The position numbers and the translations under genes are program-made. Shown piece after piece: positions 1 through 10,861 of a DNA stretch of 64,000 nt (positions within the stretch are counted from its first letter, which is position 1; each line of letters starts with the position of its first letter). The stretch is from Acidobacteriota bacterium (lineage in GTDB: Bacteria > Acidobacteriota > Aminicenantia > Aminicenantales > Saccharicenantaceae), in the NCBI GenBank assembly GCA_039683095.1, contig JBDKSB010000001.1, positions 324,567 through 388,566 on the forward strand, in the 5' to 3' direction. The notes under the pieces were generated by a model, which was not told where the DNA came from, ran no database searches, and saw nothing but the letters and a program-made list of their open reading frames with translations.

Positions 1-2128
<2,128 letters not shown>

Positions 2129-2274
2129 GTTTATCAAGACAAAAAAGGCGGTAATTCGGGACGCGGCCCAATTCGGGGACATGTAATCAATTTTTCTCGA
2201 AATTGGCACGTGTCGCCAGGAATTGGGATGTCCCGGAATTAGCGCGCAAGCTAAGTTGCTAGATCGGATTAAAA

Positions 2275-2382
<108 letters not shown>

Positions 2383-2392
<10 letters not shown>

Positions 2393-2408
2393 TTTTTATT
2401 TTTTCTCG
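2383..2408 (+). terminator. T-rich tract (ttttttattttttctcg) directly after the 5S 3' helix; likely rrn operon terminator
   Basis: The GC-rich 5S terminal helix is followed by T6-A-T6. Confidence 0.4.
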
Positions 2409-2574
2409 AATAAAGGACAGAGGGGCACGGGCCCCCAAAAAAAACGGTCGGTCATACTCCTCTCCTTTTATTCGGCAGGTCGGGCGCGGCCCCGTTCATG
2501 GGCCAAGGGGAACCACGGAATCCGAATAAGAGGGTTCGCGCCCAAGGCAAGGGCAATTTTTCAAGGAGAGATGT

Positions 2575-2883
2575 ATGAACATCTACGTGGGAAACATTTC
2601 CCGCACGGCGGCCGAGCAGGATCTCAAGGACGCTTTTTCGGCATTCGGCGAGGTTTCGAGCGTCGCCATCATCAAGGACAAGTTCAGCGGTGAGAGCCGC
2701 GGTTTCGGCTTCGTCGAGATGCCGAACAAGGAAGAGGCCGACAAGGCCATCGCCGGCCTCAACGGCAAGGACCTCAAGGGCCGTCCTCTGACGGTCAACG
2801 AGGCCCGGCCCCGGACCGATCGTCCCCGCACGGGCGGCGGCGGCGGCAGGGGCGGCTTCGGCGGCGGCCGCGGCCGGTACTGA
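2575..2883 (+). CDS. RRM-type RNA-binding protein with a Gly/Arg-rich C-terminal tail
   Basis: Carries the RNP1/RNP2 motifs NIYVGNIS and RGFGFVEM followed by a GGGGGRGGFGGGRGRY tail. RBS aaggagag lies upstream of the ATG. Confidence 0.85.
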   Translation: MNIYVGNISRTAAEQDLKDAFSAFGEVSSVAIIKDKFSGESRGFGFVEMPNKEEADKAIAGLNGKDLKGRPLTVNEARPRTDRPRTGGGGGRGGFGGGRGRY

Positions 2884-2909
2884 TCGCTTAGCGACTTTAT
2901 TCGAACGCA

Positions 2910-2948
2910 AAGGGCGGACCCCTTCGGGGGCTCCGCCCTTTTTTATTT
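2910..2948 (+). terminator. Rho-independent terminator
   Basis: Hairpin agggcggacccc-ttcg-ggggctccgccct followed by tttttattttc, immediately after the RRM gene stop. Confidence 0.7.
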
Positions 2949-3235
2949 TCGGGGCGGATTTCCGGCGCGCTTTATGAATCAGCCCTGCTCGAGCGGATGG
3001 ACTACCTGGACGCCCGGGTGACGTCCCATATTCCCGGCAACGGTCAGGTCATGGTCCGCTGGACGAGGGGAGCGGCCTGCCCCTGTTAGGTAGAATTCTC
3101 AGCTGGTCGGCCGAATCCTGAGTGCTTGATTCTTGATGCAGGCCGCGATATCCTCCTTTCGTGATAGGAGGTGTCGATCCTGAGTCCGGGGCCGGCGCTT
3201 TCAGGAAAGGAATTTCCTATGAATTGGAGAAAACC

Positions 3236-3700
3236 ATGTCGCTTGCCCTTTTCGTTCTAACGCTGATGACGGCGATCCCGCTGCTCGGCGCGGTTCAGGC
3301 CGCCGGGCCGGCCGACGATCCGGAGGCTGAAATCATCGCCATGGAAAAAGCCATGCTCGACCGCTGGGGAACCGGCGATACGTACGGCTTCATTGAACTG
3401 GCCGCCCCGGAAATCACCTATTTTGATCCGAGCCTGGAAAAACGGCTGAACGGACGCGAGGCGTTTGAAAAGTTTCTAGCCCCGCTCAAAGGCACGTTCC
3501 GGGTTCCCAAGTACGAAATGATCGATCCAAGAGTACAGGTTCATGGCGAGGCCGCCGTTCTCTCATACAACATGATCGATTACGATGAAACGGGGGAAAA
3601 TGCCTTCCGCATGAACGTCACGGAGGTCTACGCCCGCCATGACGGCCGATGGGCCCTCGTCCATTCCCACTTCTCGATCACCAAGCCGCAGGTCAAATGA
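3236..3700 (+). CDS. NTF2-like / SnoaL-like (DUF4440-type) secreted protein
   Basis: Signal-peptide-like N-terminus MSLALFVLTLMTAIPLLGAVQAAG. Family-typical ...WALVHSHFSI C-terminus. RBS ggaga precedes the ATG at 3236. Confidence 0.6.
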   Translation: MSLALFVLTLMTAIPLLGAVQAAGPADDPEAEIIAMEKAMLDRWGTGDTYGFIELAAPEITYFDPSLEKRLNGREAFEKFLAPLKGTFRVPKYEMIDPRVQVHGEAAVLSYNMIDYDETGENAFRMNVTEVYARHDGRWALVHSHFSITKPQVK

Positions 3701-3744
3701 CCGAAGGAGGAACGAGGGCGAAAACGAAATAAAACAAGCCCGCT

Positions 3745-4180
3745 TGGAACCGATCGCTTCCTGCCCGATGTCGTCCTGACGACGATCGGCGCTGACGGTT
3801 TTCCCCAGGCCCGGGTCATGTTCAACCTGCGCGGCCCGCGCTATCCCGGGCTTCAGGAACGTTTGCCCCCCTCGACGGAACGTTCCGCTGTTACCTCGAC
3901 ACCTATACTTCCTCATCGAAAGTCGGGGACGTCCGGTCCCGTCCGCAGGCCTCCCTGCTCTTCTGCCGGCCGGAGATCCATTTCAGCTTGATGCTGGCCG
4001 GCGATTTGACCGTTGATGATGATCCGGTTCTTTGCCGGGAGCTCTGGCGTCCGGGTTGGGAAACGTGTTACCCAGGCGGGGCCGGAAGATCCCGACTATA
4101 CGATTCTTCGGTTCGATCCCCGTTACGGCCGGGGATGGAACGGCGGCGTCAATTACTTTTTTGACTTGCGGGGGGAACGT
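3745..4180 (+). pseudogene. Pyridoxamine 5'-phosphate oxidase-family (general stress protein 26-like) gene disrupted by frameshifts
   Basis: Three different + frames carry PNPOx-like segments: DVVLTTIGADGFPQARVMFNLRG, then [29 protein letters not shown], then [23 protein letters not shown]. No intact ORF spans them. Confidence 0.55.
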
Positions 4181-4438
4181 TGAACAAGCCGCGCCAGGGC
4201 GGTTTCCTGATGGCCAGGGTCCAACAAGTCTCTCGATGACGCGGAGCGAGTCGCTATTGAGATTGGAGAGCCAGTCCTCCCCTTCCTCAAGCTCCGTCGG
4301 ATCGCGCTTAGTGAACAGGGTTTCGTAAACCCGGACCTCGCCGGTGGCGTTCGTGGACCCCGAGCCGACAATTTCGCCGTCTTGTTGTATTCTATAGGGA
4401 ATGGAGATCCTCGAGCCTTGCGCGGCGATGCCTCCCAA
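4180..4438 (-). pseudogene. Fragment resembling the C-terminal anticodon-binding domain of glutaminyl/glutamyl-tRNA synthetase (class Ic); no catalytic domain present
   Basis: The minus-strand ORF from the ATG at 4438 reads ...[42 protein letters not shown]. This parallels the GlnRS C-terminus (VEIRLYDRLF...DFLSVINPESLVIKQGF, recalled from memory). The similarity is lost downstream, which suggests a frameshift or truncation. Confidence 0.35.
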
Positions 4439-4471
4439 AAGACGCGACTCTTACGTTCGACATGGGAGTGA

Positions 4472-4834
4472 ATGACGATGCGAGATTCGAACCGAGCGTA
4501 CTTCTCGCGGTTCGCGGCTGTCCTTCTGGCCGCCGGCGGCCTAGCCCTCCTCGCGGCGGGTGCCGGGCCGTTCCTGACCCGACCACCCGGTCAGGCGGTT
4601 GAATACGCCCAGGCCGATCTTCTGGACAAGAACGCCTCCTTCCCCAAGACGCTGGTCCTCAGCCTCGGCGACGAGCCCGGAGTTCATCTTCAAGCCGGCC
4701 GGGCGGTCGCCCTCTTCGACTCGCTCGGCTTCGCCATCAAGCCCCATGCGCCCCAGCGCATGATGCTGGGGCCCGGGCCCATCCTGGGCGGGCGGCCGTC
4801 GCTGCTCGCCGTCGGAACAGCCTCGAAAGGATGA
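4472..4834 (+). CDS. Hypothetical small exported protein
   Basis: ORF with the RBS gggagtg and a hydrophobic N-terminus FAAVLLAAGGLALLAAGAG. Confidence 0.45.
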   Translation: MTMRDSNRAYFSRFAAVLLAAGGLALLAAGAGPFLTRPPGQAVEYAQADLLDKNASFPKTLVLSLGDEPGVHLQAGRAVALFDSLGFAIKPHAPQRMMLGPGPILGGRPSLLAVGTASKG

Positions 4835-4847
4835 TAAGGAGAAAACC

Positions 4848-5408
4848 ATGAAAAGACAGGATTTCCTCAAGACGGGGGCTTGCGCCTGCCTGGCCTGCTC
4901 CGGCGGCTCTTTTCTGGCCGGACAGGAAACCAAACCGCCGGTTGAGCCCGCCGGGCGCGAAAAGCGGAAGGGTGAGATGGAGGAGCGCTTCAAGCAGGCC
5001 TATATCCTGACGCTTATGGAGAACCTGGAGAGGAGCGTCGGCGAGCCCGTCCGCACCAGGATGATGAACGATTGCGGCCGGGCCTGCGCCCGCCGCGGAG
5101 GACTCTTCAAGCTGGCCCAAGCGAACAAGGGCGACTTGAAGGCCTTCTTAGCCAGGATGTCCGGCGTGCTGGGCGAGGGGAACGCGCGCCTCATCGACGG
5201 GAAGACGGTACACTGGAGCTATCCGCGCTGCTTCTGCGAGCTCGTGGCCGCCGGGCCCCGGCGTTTGCCCGCGGTCTACTGCCAGTGCTCGGTCGGCTGG
5301 GTGATGGAGATATTTCAGACCGTTCTGGGACGCCCAGCCAAGGTCGATCTCGTCCAATCGATCAAGACGGGCGCCCCGTCCTGCGTCTTTCGGGTGGACG
5401 TCGGCTGA
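4848..5408 (+). CDS. Hypothetical Cys-rich protein (CxC motifs: GACACLACSGG, CFCELV, YCQCSVGW)
   Basis: RBS aaggag 6 nt before the ATG. Coding-like composition. Conserved-looking C-terminal CFCE...CQCS motif. Confidence 0.55.
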   Translation: MKRQDFLKTGACACLACSGGSFLAGQETKPPVEPAGREKRKGEMEERFKQAYILTLMENLERSVGEPVRTRMMNDCGRACARRGGLFKLAQANKGDLKAFLARMSGVLGEGNARLIDGKTVHWSYPRCFCELVAAGPRRLPAVYCQCSVGWVMEIFQTVLGRPAKVDLVQSIKTGAPSCVFRVDVG

Positions 5409-5445
5409 AAGCCGCCGGCAGCGCCGGAAGCCGATTCACCGGTCC

Positions 5446-6018
5446 TTACTTGCGGATGAACTCGAACACGAGGCACGTTTCGTGCGGCGCCCATCCGAAG
5501 TCGAGGGGCAGGAATCCCAGGCCGCCATCCCAAAGCTTCAGGATGTCGCCGCTCAGGGCCACCAAAAACCCCGGCACTTCCCCATATTCGTAATCCGGTT
5601 CCAGCGACGACGGATAAAAATCGATCTGGGGCTTGCCCCAGAATTCATGGTAATGCCAGGTGCCGGGCGAGAGCGATGGATCCTGTCCGGGCATGGTCAC
5701 GGATACGGTGTAGGCCCCGTTCGTTTCGAGGACGAGGGTGACGGCCCCCCCTTCCGCCACAAGGTCCCGGCGTGAGCCCGGAACCTCCACGAATTTGCCG
5801 TCCTTGTTTATCGACCTGCAGGCCACGGCCTTTGTAGCCAGCCACGTCCCCACGAGGCCGTCGGGAGCTACGGTTGTGGTTGACCCCGGAACCGATCCCG
5901 CCGTTGCGCTCTTCGCCGCCGCGGCGGAAGAGAGCTTCGGCCCCGTCGGACCGTTCTGGCAGGCTGCGGCCGCGATGACGGGCAGCGCGACAAGGACCGC
6001 GAACGCGGATTTTCTCAT
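5446..6018 (-). CDS. Lipoprotein, function unknown
   Basis: Start at MRKSAFAVLVALPVIAAAAC (lipobox-like IAAAAC) with the RBS aggagaatg. Confidence 0.6.
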   Translation of the reverse strand: MRKSAFAVLVALPVIAAAACQNGPTGPKLSSAAAAKSATAGSVPGSTTTVAPDGLVGTWLATKAVACRSINKDGKFVEVPGSRRDLVAEGGAVTLVLETNGAYTVSVTMPGQDPSLSPGTWHYHEFWGKPQIDFYPSSLEPDYEYGEVPGFLVALSGDILKLWDGGLGFLPLDFGWAPHETCLVFEFIRK

Positions 6019-6434
6019 GACATTCTCCTTACCGAGATGGATATTCCCCCGGGCCGGGAGCGGCAGGGCCGGACCGTCCGGGCGGCCGGCCACGGCCGAC
6101 GCGTACGCTCCGGCTTGATCCGGTGACCCATGCCGATGCCTTTCCCTCCGAAACATAGAGAAAACTCCCGCGCGAGTCCATGGCTTTGGCCTTGGATTTT
6201 CATTGTTTTTCCGGGGACCGGGTCTAAGGCTTGCGGGAATGGCGGGCCGTTGACATTCGCCCGCGGCCGGCACTATCATGCCCGGGTCATGACGCGGGCC
6301 GGTCAGCATCCTAACGGCAGCCGTTCCCGGGCGGCGGCTTCAAGACGCCCGATGAAACGAAAAGCCGATTGAAATCCCGGCCGTCGACCCAGCCAATGCG
6401 CATTCATTCCCAATCCATGTCTAAGGAGGATTCG

Positions 6435-7040
6435 ATGAAGCTCCGATCGGCCCTTATGGCCCTTGCTGCTCTTGGCGCGGTTCTCCCGGCGGCCTCGGCG
6501 GCCTACGCCCAGCTGCCGCCGGCGGCGGAACTGCTCCCCGCGGGATTCAAAGTGGTCCAGGACCTGAAAAACGGACCGATGACCGTCATCGTGGCCCAGA
6601 AGGCCAACGAGGGCCTTCCCCAGCCCTGGGCTCATGTGAACATCGAGCTGAAATATTCAGTGACCAAATGGGTCCCGGACGAGGATGCCACGGCCGAGGA
6701 TATCGAGGGCATGAAGGAGCTCTTCGAGGAAACGATGGCCCAATATCTGGACGCGCCGCAGGAGGCCGACAAGCGGCAGCCCGGCTCGCCGATGCGATAT
6801 GAATTGTGCGGCAAGGAGCGTTATCAGAAGGGGGTGCTCACGTGCCAAAGGTACATCGAACGATACACGGGCGGCATCGGGAACGAAAAGGTCCCCGACC
6901 TGGTCACCTATGATCTGAATTGGATGGGGAAGAGCGACGCGGGGAGCGTCGCGATCTCGATCTTCCACTATGGCGGGGCCAGGGAGACCGCCCTCGGCTG
7001 GATCGACGCCATCATCTCCCGGATATCAGCGAAAAAGTGA
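6435..7040 (+). CDS. Hypothetical secreted protein
   Basis: RBS aaggagg before MKLRSALMALAALGAVLPAASAAYAQ (signal peptide). Confidence 0.6.
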   Translation: MKLRSALMALAALGAVLPAASAAYAQLPPAAELLPAGFKVVQDLKNGPMTVIVAQKANEGLPQPWAHVNIELKYSVTKWVPDEDATAEDIEGMKELFEETMAQYLDAPQEADKRQPGSPMRYELCGKERYQKGVLTCQRYIERYTGGIGNEKVPDLVTYDLNWMGKSDAGSVAISIFHYGGARETALGWIDAIISRISAKK

Positions 7041-7087
7041 TCTGGGCGGCGCCGTCCCCGCCGCGGTCCCGTCGATCCGGGGGCCGG

Positions 7088-7615
7088 TCAGGACAGGCGC
7101 TGAAGCGCCTTGACGGCCAGCTTCATGGCCGGCTCCTTCGGACTGTCGATCAGGAGCATGGCGACGCTCAGCCAGTATTTGCCCTTCACGACGGCAATCG
7201 TGTTCGCCCGGCCCCCGGCCCAGAAGGCCCGGTCGCCGAGGCCGGAGACCGGCTCCGGATCGACGCCGGATGTCGATTTGGACGCGCCCTTGTTCTTTTC
7301 GAGGACCGCCTGGGCGGCGGCCGCATCCCGCGACTGCTGGACTAGGAACACGATCGTCGATCCGTCGGACGTGATGTAGGTGGCCGAGGAATAGCTGGCT
7401 CCGTCGCCGCCCGTTTTCACGGCCAGGATCGTCGTCCCCAGGATCGCGCCGACCTCCTCCTTTGTCAGCAGCTGGGAGGCATCGATCCCGGCTTGGGCGG
7501 CGGAGGGGCCTGCGAAGGACGGCTGGAACGCCTGGGAACTGCCCAGGAACATGCCGAGCAACAGCGAAACGAGCAGGATGGTCCGCAGGACCTGAACACA
7601 AGATCTGGTTCTCAC
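7088..7615 (-). CDS. Hypothetical secreted protein
   Basis: GTG start preceded by aaggaggaaag. Signal peptide VRTRSCVQVLRTILLVSLLLGMFLGSSQA. Confidence 0.5.
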   Translation of the reverse strand: MRTRSCVQVLRTILLVSLLLGMFLGSSQAFQPSFAGPSAAQAGIDASQLLTKEEVGAILGTTILAVKTGGDGASYSSATYITSDGSTIVFLVQQSRDAAAAQAVLEKNKGASKSTSGVDPEPVSGLGDRAFWAGGRANTIAVVKGKYWLSVAMLLIDSPKEPAMKLAVKALQRLS

Positions 7616-7874
7616 CTTTCCTCCTTGTCCGGCTTGGCGCGATACGAAGGCGTCAACGGCGCCGACGATCAGGCATCTTTTCCGGGGCATTCTATCCAGA
7701 CGCGATCCCGGTGTCAACGGGCCGGATCCCGCTTGACAGGCAGCCGCCGCGCCTTGACGCCGGCCTGAGGCCCGGGTATCCTCATTTACTGAAGGCCGGG
7801 GCCGCCGCCGGTTTGGCCATTCCCTCGGGCGGGGCTTTCGGCCGGAACGGACAGGATCGAAACGGAGGTCGACG

Positions 7875-8927
7875 ATGAAAGCTCTGGCGGGATTCGCGGC
7901 GGTGCTCCTGGCCTTCTCGGCCCTGGCCGGCCAGGAGGCGCGCCCGGTGCGCGACGACGTCGGCTTCTGCTGGAACCCGGCGAGCATGCGGCTGCTCGTC
8001 GACTATCTCCAGGCCCGCGAGCCGGATCAGTTCGAAGCCGACGGCCTGGTGGCGGCGATCGCTCCCCATGACGATTATCTCCTGGCCGGACGCGTCGATT
8101 TTCCCCTGTTCAAGATCCTGCGGGCCAGGGAAGTCGTCGTCTTCGGCGTCACGCACGGCACGGTGCGCAAGGAGATCGGCGACCCGCACAACGTCATCAT
8201 CCTCGACGAATTCAAGGCCTGGCCCGGGTTGACGGGGCCGGTGGCCGTCTCCGGGCTGCGCGAGGCCCTGAAGGAACGCCTGGCCAAGAGCGCCTTTCAG
8301 GTCAGCAACAAGGCGCACGCCCTCGAGCACTCCATCGAGGCCGAGCTGCCCTGGCTGCAATGCTTCAATCCGGGCGTCAAGATCACGCCGATCATGGTCA
8401 CGGCCATGCCCTTCGAGAAGATGGAGGAGATCTCGACCATGGTCGCGAAAGTCGTCGCGGCCGAGATGAAGGCCAGGGGGCTCGTCGCCGGCCAGGACGT
8501 CTTTTTCCTGATCTCCGCCGACGGCAACCATTACGGCCAGGATTTCAACAACTCGGCGTTCGGCGAGGGCGAGGCCGCCTGGCTCAAGGGCCGCGCCTTC
8601 GACGAGCGGCTGATCCGCGACTACCTGACGGGCGTCGTGGACGAGGCGAAGGTCGAGGGCTTGACCAAGGAGCTTTGGGGCGCGACCTACCTCGATTATC
8701 GCAACACCTACTGGTGCGGGAAATACTCGATCCCCTTCGGGCTGCTGACGGTGCAGAAGATCCTCGCCCTGACGGAGAACAGGAAGATCGGCGGCATGCT
8801 TTTCCGCTATTCCGACAGCTACAGCGAAGGCGCGCTGCCGCTCCAGAAGACCGGCATGGGGCTCACGGCGCCCTACTCGCTCCGCCACTGGGTCAGCTGG
8901 TGTTCGATCGGCTATTATCGCGAGTGA
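7875..8927 (+). CDS. Memo-family protein (AmmeMemoRadiSam system protein B / MEMO1-like) with a predicted N-terminal signal peptide
   Basis: Motifs AIAPHDDYLLAG (cf. PHAGY), ALEHSIEAELPWLQ (cf. EHSLE..LPFLQ) and ISADGNHYG. N-terminus MKALAGFAAVLLAFSALAGQEA looks like a Sec signal. Confidence 0.7.
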   Translation: MKALAGFAAVLLAFSALAGQEARPVRDDVGFCWNPASMRLLVDYLQAREPDQFEADGLVAAIAPHDDYLLAGRVDFPLFKILRAREVVVFGVTHGTVRKEIGDPHNVIILDEFKAWPGLTGPVAVSGLREALKERLAKSAFQVSNKAHALEHSIEAELPWLQCFNPGVKITPIMVTAMPFEKMEEISTMVAKVVAAEMKARGLVAGQDVFFLISADGNHYGQDFNNSAFGEGEAAWLKGRAFDERLIRDYLTGVVDEAKVEGLTKELWGATYLDYRNTYWCGKYSIPFGLLTVQKILALTENRKIGGMLFRYSDSYSEGALPLQKTGMGLTAPYSLRHWVSWCSIGYYRE

Positions 8928-9056
8928 AGCGCCCGGCTTCCCGCCGGGGAGCGCCATTTATGCTGCTGATTGATTCTGGCAATTGAATTCTCGCGAAACT
9001 CCCAAGGCAGGGAGGCAGGCCTGCTGACCTTGTCTGTTGCAGAAAGGGCCGTGCCG

Positions 9057-10130
9057 TCAGCGTTCTGCGCGGCCGAGCTGGCCGCAGGCCGCCATGAGGC
9101 CGCGACCCCGGGGGCTTCTCAGCTTGACCAGGACCCCGGCCGCCTGGAGGCGCCGGGTGAATTCCTCGATCTCCGTCCCGGCCGGCGCCCGGCCGATGGG
9201 GGCCGAGCCGGGGTTGTAGGGTATGAGGTTGACGAAGGCCCGGCCGGGCGGGGCCGCGGCCCGGATGAAGGCGGCCACGCCCTCCGCCGCGCCCTCGCCG
9301 TCGTTCCGGCCCGGGATAAGGCAGTAGTTCACGGCCAGGGTGAAATTGCGGCGCTGGGGATAGAGGGCCAGGGCGGCGGCCAGGGCCTCGAGCCCCGCGG
9401 CCCTGTTCACGGGCATGAGCTCGCTGCGGAGCCCGTCGTCCGGCGCGTTGAGGCTGATCGAGAGATTGAGACGCTTCAGCCCGAGTCCCTTGAGACGGGC
9501 GATGCCCTCGGGCAAGCCGACGGTGCAGACCGTGAGGTCATCCTGGGCAAAAGCCGGGCCGGATCCGTCCAGGAACACCGCCAGGGCGCCCGAGACGCCA
9601 TCGAAGTTGTCGAGGGGCTCGCCCATGCCCATGAAGACGACCTTGCCGATCTCCCAGCCCAGGACGAGACGGGCGGCCGCGTATTGGCCCACGATCTCCT
9701 CGGCCGCGAGGTCTCTCGCGAAGCCCCGGCGGCCCGATTCGCAGAAGGCGCAGGCCATGCGGCAGCCGACCTGGGAGGAGACGCAGAGAGTGGACGGCGC
9801 CGGCCCGCGGCCGCGATGGAACACGGGGATGCGCACGCATTCAATGCGCTCGCCGTCGGCCAGCCGAACCAGGGCCTTGGCCGTGGTCCCGATGGGCCCT
9901 TCCTCCTCGACGACGCGCTCGACGGCGGGCAGCCTGACCGTGAAACGGGCGGCCAGGGAGGCGGCGGCCTCCCCGGCGATGGCCTCGGAACCCGGCTCGA
10001 AGCGGCCTTCGGCGAAAGCCCGCCTGTAGAGGCGGCCCAAGGCGCGCGAACGTCCTCCCGGGCCGGCCGCTCTCTCGAAGGCCGGGCGGGTCAAGCCCAG
10101 GATGTTCAGGCGCGCATCATTCTCCGCCAT
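9057..10130 (-). CDS. rlmN: RlmN/Cfr-family radical SAM 23S rRNA/tRNA (adenine-C2) methyltransferase
   Basis: CVSSQVGCRMACAFCESG radical-SAM cluster motif, MGMGEPL, and a C-terminal ...GQLG motif. Confidence 0.8.
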   Translation of the reverse strand: MAENDARLNILGLTRPAFERAAGPGGRSRALGRLYRRAFAEGRFEPGSEAIAGEAAASLAARFTVRLPAVERVVEEEGPIGTTAKALVRLADGERIECVRIPVFHRGRGPAPSTLCVSSQVGCRMACAFCESGRRGFARDLAAEEIVGQYAAARLVLGWEIGKVVFMGMGEPLDNFDGVSGALAVFLDGSGPAFAQDDLTVCTVGLPEGIARLKGLGLKRLNLSISLNAPDDGLRSELMPVNRAAGLEALAAALALYPQRRNFTLAVNYCLIPGRNDGEGAAEGVAAFIRAAAPPGRAFVNLIPYNPGSAPIGRAPAGTEIEEFTRRLQAAGVLVKLRSPRGRGLMAACGQLGRAER

Positions 10131-10269
10131 GGGGCCACTCTAAAGGAATTGCGGCCCTTGTCAAATCATAGAGGGACGGGCCCGCGCGGGGCGGGCCTCC
10201 GGATACGTCGTTATTGACACGGCCGGGCGCCGGTCCTACCATGGAGCGGCCATCCATAGGAGTGCATCC

Positions 10270-10764
10270 ATGAACAGCGTCCGCATCCTGGTCACCGGCG
10301 GCACGTTCGACAAGGAGTACGACGAGCTTGCCGGCAACCTCTTTTTCCAGGACACGCATGTGCCCGAGATGCTCCGGCTGGGGCGGTCGTGCCTCAAGGT
10401 CGAGATCCGGACCCTGATGATGGTCGATTCGCTCGACATGTCCGACGCCGACCGGACGAGCATCCTCGAGCACTGCCACAGCTGCCCGGGCGAGCGGATC
10501 CTCATCACCCACGGGACAGACCGGATGGAGGTCACCGCCCGGCTGCTCGGGCAGTCGAACCTGGGCAAGACCATCGTCCTCACCGGGGCTATGGTGCCCT
10601 ACAAGTTCGGCTCCTCCGACGGGCTTTTCAATCTCGGCTCGGCCCTGGCCTTCGTCCAGGTCCTGCCGCACGGCGTCTACGTGGCCATGAACGGCCGGGC
10701 CCTGCCCTGGGACAGGGTCCGCAAGAACCGCAAGACGGGCATGTTCGAGGAGATAGAAGCCTGA
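10270..10764 (+). CDS. Asparaginase-domain protein (short, N-terminal L-asparaginase-like domain only)
   Basis: ILVTGGTFDK, ITHGTDRM and VLTGAMVP motifs. A TTGACA-N17-TACCAT promoter lies upstream. Confidence 0.7.
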   Translation: MNSVRILVTGGTFDKEYDELAGNLFFQDTHVPEMLRLGRSCLKVEIRTLMMVDSLDMSDADRTSILEHCHSCPGERILITHGTDRMEVTARLLGQSNLGKTIVLTGAMVPYKFGSSDGLFNLGSALAFVQVLPHGVYVAMNGRALPWDRVRKNRKTGMFEEIEA

Positions 10765-10861
10765 TCGTCCGCCCGCCGTTCGTTTGACATCGGACCCGCA
10801 CTTCTCATATAGTCCATCCGATCGACGCACGAAAATCGGGAATGCTCTCAGGAGGTAGCGG

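Noticed and set aside
7782-8957. 391-aa ORF on the minus strand
   Set aside because: It overlaps the Memo-like gene on the opposite strand. It is low-complexity and Arg/Gly/Asp-rich, as expected for antisense frames of GC-rich coding DNA.
8970-10217. 415-aa ORF on the plus strand
   Set aside because: Antisense to rlmN, with no motifs and an R/G/A/E-rich composition.
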